Shown here one piece after another: positions 36,027-39,233 of a stretch of 39,233 nucleotides of DNA (positions within the stretch are counted from its first letter, which is position 1; every line of letters starts with the position of its first letter). Position numbers and translations under genes: made by a program. Source of the stretch: a virus (lineage: Duplodnaviria; Caudoviricetes). The notes beneath the pieces were generated by a model. The model did no database searches. It saw only the letters and a list, made by a program, of their open reading frames with translations, and had not been told where the DNA came from. The DNA lies in IMG/VR virus record IMGVR_UViG_3300031922_000051, positions 1-39,233 of that record; one strand, written 5' to 3'.

Positions 36027-36443
36027 ATGGCATATGTACCATACGGATATACAGTTAAAGACGGAGTTATAACTGTCGATGAGAAGGCAGCAGGTCAAGT
36101 AAAGGAGTTCTTTGAAAAATATATATCAGGACTTTCCCTTACAGTGGCTGGTGAACAGGTAGGTATTGAGAAGACGCATTCAGTAATGGGGCGTATTTTG
36201 AAAAATATCCTTTATCTCGGAAATGACGTATATCCAGCGATCATAGATAAGGAAACATTTGATAAGGCAGAAGAGATTAGAAATAAACGTGCTAAGGACT
36301 TAGGAAGGATTGTAGAACTTGCAGCTTTTACTGCTCCCTCCCCTATAGAACGATTCAAGATGAGAAAATCAGAAGGTAAACTTCCAGATGATCCTATTAC
36401 ACGAGCGGAGTACCTATATAGTTTGATAGAAAGCGAGGTGTAA
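36027..36443 (+). CDS. Short protein with only the recombinase DNA-binding domain
   Basis: VPYGY...ILKN..YLG...YPAII..ETF; no YxRVS catalytic domain. Confidence 0.8.
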   Translation: MAYVPYGYTVKDGVITVDEKAAGQVKEFFEKYISGLSLTVAGEQVGIEKTHSVMGRILKNILYLGNDVYPAIIDKETFDKAEEIRNKRAKDLGRIVELAAFTAPSPIERFKMRKSEGKLPDDPITRAEYLYSLIESEV

Positions 36444-36444
36444 T

Positions 36445-38007
36445 ATGGCAGGAAAAAATATAACTGTAATTCCGGCACGAAAAAGAGTTGGAAGTACAGC
36501 CGCAAAAGAAAAAATTAAGAAACTGCGTGTCGCTGCCTATTGCCGTGTTTCTACAGAAACTGAAGAGCAGAATTTAAGCTATGAGGTACAGGTTGCACAT
36601 TATACGGAATTTATAAAGAAAAATACTGAATGGGAGTTTGCAGGCATCTTTGCAGATGACGGCATTTCCGGTACTAACACTAAAAAACGAGAAGAGTTCA
36701 ACCGTATGATTGAGGAGTGTATGGAGGGCAACATCGATCTAGTTATTACAAAGTCCATCAGTCGATTTGCCCGCAACACGCTGGATTGCTTAAAGTATAT
36801 TAGACAACTCAAGGAAAAGAACATAGCAGTATATTTTGAAAAAGAGAACATCAACACAATGGATGCCAAGGGCGAGGTGCTACTTACCATTATGGCCTCT
36901 CTTGCACAACAAGAAAGCCAGAGCCTTTCGCAGAACGTTAAACTCGGACTTCAATATCGCTACCAGCAAGGAAAGGTGCAGGTCAATCACAATCGATTTA
37001 TGGGATACACAAAAGATGAAGAAGGCAACTTGATTATTGTTCCAGAAGAGGCTGAAATCATTAAACGTATTTACAGAGAGTACCTTGAGGGCAAGAGCCT
37101 AGTGGGCATTGGCAGGGATCTAGAGAAAGACGGCATTTTAACAGCTGCAGGTAAACCAAGATGGAGACCGGAAACCATAAAGAAGATTCTTCTAAACGAG
37201 AAATACATCGGCGATGCCCTGTTGCAGAAGACTTTCACAGTGGATTTTCTAACAAAGAAAAGGGTCAAGAATGAAGGCCATGTCCCACAGTACTATGTTG
37301 AAAACAGCCATGAGGCTATCATACCAAAGGAACTTTTTTTACAGGCTCAGGAAGAGCTACATCGCAGAAGTAATATTTACACAGGTGCAGACAAAAATAA
37401 AAGAATTTATAGCAGTAAATACGCTCTGAGTACCATAACCTTCTGCGGAGATTGTGGTGACATTTACAGACGTGTCTATTGGAATATTCACGGTAAAAAA
37501 GAATTTGTTTGGCGATGCGTTACGAGAATTGAGCAAGGCCCTGAGGTGTGTAAGAACCGAACGGTAAAAGAAGCTGAATTATATGATGCAGTAATGACTG
37601 CCATTAACAGATTGCTTGCCGGTGGTGACAACATGATAAGAATACTGGAAGAGAATATACATGCGATAATCGGTGATACCACGGAATATAAGATTTCAGA
37701 GATTAATACCTTGCTAGAAGAAAAGCAGAAAGAACTAATCAGCCTTGCTAATAAGGGAAAAGATTTTGAATCCCTTGCAGATGAGATTGAAGAGTTACGT
37801 GAAAAGCGTCAGACCCTTCTTGTGGAAGATGCATCCTTAAGTGGTGAGAATGAGCGGATCAACGAACTGATAGAATTTATCCGCACCAATAAATATCGGA
37901 CTTTGCTATATGATGATACCCTTGTAAGGAAGATCATCCAAAATGTTACGGTGTATGATGACCACTTTGTAATATGCTTTAAATCAGGCATTGAAATTAA
38001 AGTATGA
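36445..38007 (+). CDS. Large serine recombinase
   Basis: [43 protein letters not shown] Zn ribbon. Confidence 0.95.
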   Translation: MAGKNITVIPARKRVGSTAAKEKIKKLRVAAYCRVSTETEEQNLSYEVQVAHYTEFIKKNTEWEFAGIFADDGISGTNTKKREEFNRMIEECMEGNIDLVITKSISRFARNTLDCLKYIRQLKEKNIAVYFEKENINTMDAKGEVLLTIMASLAQQESQSLSQNVKLGLQYRYQQGKVQVNHNRFMGYTKDEEGNLIIVPEEAEIIKRIYREYLEGKSLVGIGRDLEKDGILTAAGKPRWRPETIKKILLNEKYIGDALLQKTFTVDFLTKKRVKNEGHVPQYYVENSHEAIIPKELFLQAQEELHRRSNIYTGADKNKRIYSSKYALSTITFCGDCGDIYRRVYWNIHGKKEFVWRCVTRIEQGPEVCKNRTVKEAELYDAVMTAINRLLAGGDNMIRILEENIHAIIGDTTEYKISEINTLLEEKQKELISLANKGKDFESLADEIEELREKRQTLLVEDASLSGENERINELIEFIRTNKYRTLLYDDTLVRKIIQNVTVYDDHFVICFKSGIEIKV

Positions 38008-38022
38008 AAAATGGCCCCCAAT

Positions 38023-38056
38023 AGCCCATGACTCTAGAGTAGAGTTGTGGGTTTTC
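38023..38056 (+). terminator. Hairpin/terminator after the recombinases
   Basis: AGCCCATGACTCT-agagt-AGAGTTGTGGGTT followed by TTCTTT. Confidence 0.6.
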
Positions 38057-38157
38057 TTTGAAATCAAATTAGTCAATACAAATTAGTATAAGAAATGTTT
38101 ATGGGATTCTATCGCCGGGTAAGGTTCATTAATTGGCGATAATAATTCAGTTATAGA

Positions 38158-38186
38158 TTGATTTTTATATGAACGTGGTATACAAT
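38158..38186 (+). promoter_or_regulatory. Sigma-A promoter
   Basis: TTGATT-N17-TACAAT upstream of the DUF1413-like gene. Confidence 0.6.
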
Positions 38187-38220
38187 GTTGTTATGAACAT
38201 TGAACGAGAGGGTGATTATT

Positions 38221-38457
38221 ATGGATGTAAATGAGTTGCTGGAACTTGCTATAAAGGAGACAGATAATGTTTTGGCTGGAGAGGTGTTTCTTGTAAAAGA
38301 TTTGTTTAAAGGTTACGAATGGAATCGGATTGTTGTTAAAGATAGACTTTTGTTAGGAACACTATTTTTAAACTATGTTCACAAAAACGAATCTGATCTG
38401 ATGGCAATCGAAAAAACTTCGGCACACCAGCAAAGGTATAAAAAGATTATTAAATAA
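38221..38457 (+). CDS. DUF1413-like small DNA-binding protein
   Basis: GE.FLVKDLFKGYEW.......R..LG..F...KTS..QQ.Y; GAGGGTG RBS. Confidence 0.75.
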   Translation: MDVNELLELAIKETDNVLAGEVFLVKDLFKGYEWNRIVVKDRLLLGTLFLNYVHKNESDLMAIEKTSAHQQRYKKIIK

Positions 38458-38544
38458 TTATGAGACAAAAATACAATTGAAATTTATAAGTGAGGCGATG
38501 CTTAATCATAGAAGCATAATATGCATAAAGAAAGGATGACTGTT

Positions 38545-39233
38545 TTGAATGTGATTGTATCAAAATTTAAAGAAGTATTGTTCTCGGTCCTCCCGATTAC
38601 AGTATTAGTACTAATACTTAATTTTACTGTATCCCCCATTGACACAACGTTAATCATTAGATTTCTTATTGGTTCTTTATTTGTGGTAATAGGTTTAACT
38701 ATTTTTTTGCTAGGGGTAGATATAGGAATCACTCCACTCGGAGGATTAACTGGATCATCACTCGCTAAAACGAACAAGTTATGGATTGTGCTAATAGCAG
38801 GATTAATACTTGGTTTCTTTATATCAATAGCGGAACCAGGTTTGATGGTTCTTGCAAATCAAGTAAATTTAGTTACTTCAGGGCAAATACCGGGGATAAG
38901 TATACTTATTATTGTATCAATAGGACTGGCAATTATGTTAGCCCTGGGATTTTTAAGGATTTTCTTTAATGTTCCTTTATATAAAGTCCTTATTATTCTA
39001 TATCTAATCATATTTGGCTTTACCATATTCGCCTCCCGCGAATTTTTGGCAATATCTTTTGATGCTTCAGGAGCAACAACGGGAATACTGGCAGTACCGT
39101 TTATTTTATCCCTATCGGTAGGGATATCGAAATTGAAAAAGGATAGTAAGGCATCTGAAAAGGATAGTTTTGGTTTGGTTGCCATCGCGTCAACTGGTGC
39201 AATTATGTCCGTATTGCTCTTAGACATATTTTC
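38545..39233 (+). CDS. DUF1538-like membrane protein, 3'-truncated (probably host)
   Basis: Open to the window end: KEV..SVLPI...FLLGVDIGITPLG...AEP.L..LA...FDASGATTG..AVPF...DSFGLVA.AS.G; AAAGGA RBS. Absent from the ORF track because it has no stop. Confidence 0.85.
   Translation, partial: MNVIVSKFKEVLFSVLPITVLVLILNFTVSPIDTTLIIRFLIGSLFVVIGLTIFLLGVDIGITPLGGLTGSSLAKTNKLWIVLIAGLILGFFISIAEPGLMVLANQVNLVTSGQIPGISILIIVSIGLAIMLALGFLRIFFNVPLYKVLIILYLIIFGFTIFASREFLAISFDASGATTGILAVPFILSLSVGISKLKKDSKASEKDSFGLVAIASTGAIMSVLLLDIF

Larger units (their letters stand above)
1..38060 (+). mobile_element. Siphovirus-type prophage with a terminal serine-recombinase module (left part outside the window)
   Basis: Contiguous packaging, head, tail, lysis, replication and recombinase genes; right boundary approximate, att site not identified. 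Confidence 0.9.

Noticed and set aside
1186-38021. Minus-strand ORFs in the track (e.g. 1186..1584, 7521..7886, 15497..15823, 16217..16600, 35477..35830)
   Set aside because: They are antisense shadows of well-supported + strand genes and have no protein motifs.
38502-39227. ORFs 38502..38777(-), 38781..38969(+) and 38859..39227(-)
   Set aside because: They overlap the stop-less DUF1538-like + strand frame starting at 38545.

Overview
Most of the window (about 1-38060) is the central and right part of a temperate siphovirus-type prophage in a Firmicutes (Clostridia-like) host, read entirely on the + strand. Gene order: late regulator, HNH, putative cos, small terminase, two DNA methyltransferases, a small accessory operon, large terminase, an inserted nuclease gene, HK97-type head genes, tail genes (with a -1 frameshifted chaperone, a LamG-Tal protein, an inserted AraC regulator and a GH18 hydrolase), holin and amidase, cargo (a SymE-like toxin locus and a 4-gene AT-rich cassette), a DUF2800/DUF2815/PolA module, and a SHOCT-like gene plus three serine-recombinase genes. 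Probable host genes follow (DUF1413-like, partial DUF1538-like). The most notable signals are: (1) a modular C5-methyltransferase with about six TRD-like repeats that carries a second protein in its +1 frame with its own RBS, resembling the M.EcoHK31I beta subunit; (2) cargo cassettes each closed by a relic LysM-lysin 3' end plus the same terminator; (3) a carbohydrate-binding-like domain apparently split across genes, with two alternative second halves; (4) a structured SymE leader with an antisense promoter; (5) two repeated regulatory motifs; (6) a probable ATT start for the large terminase. All family calls come from motif recognition by eye, not from database searches.
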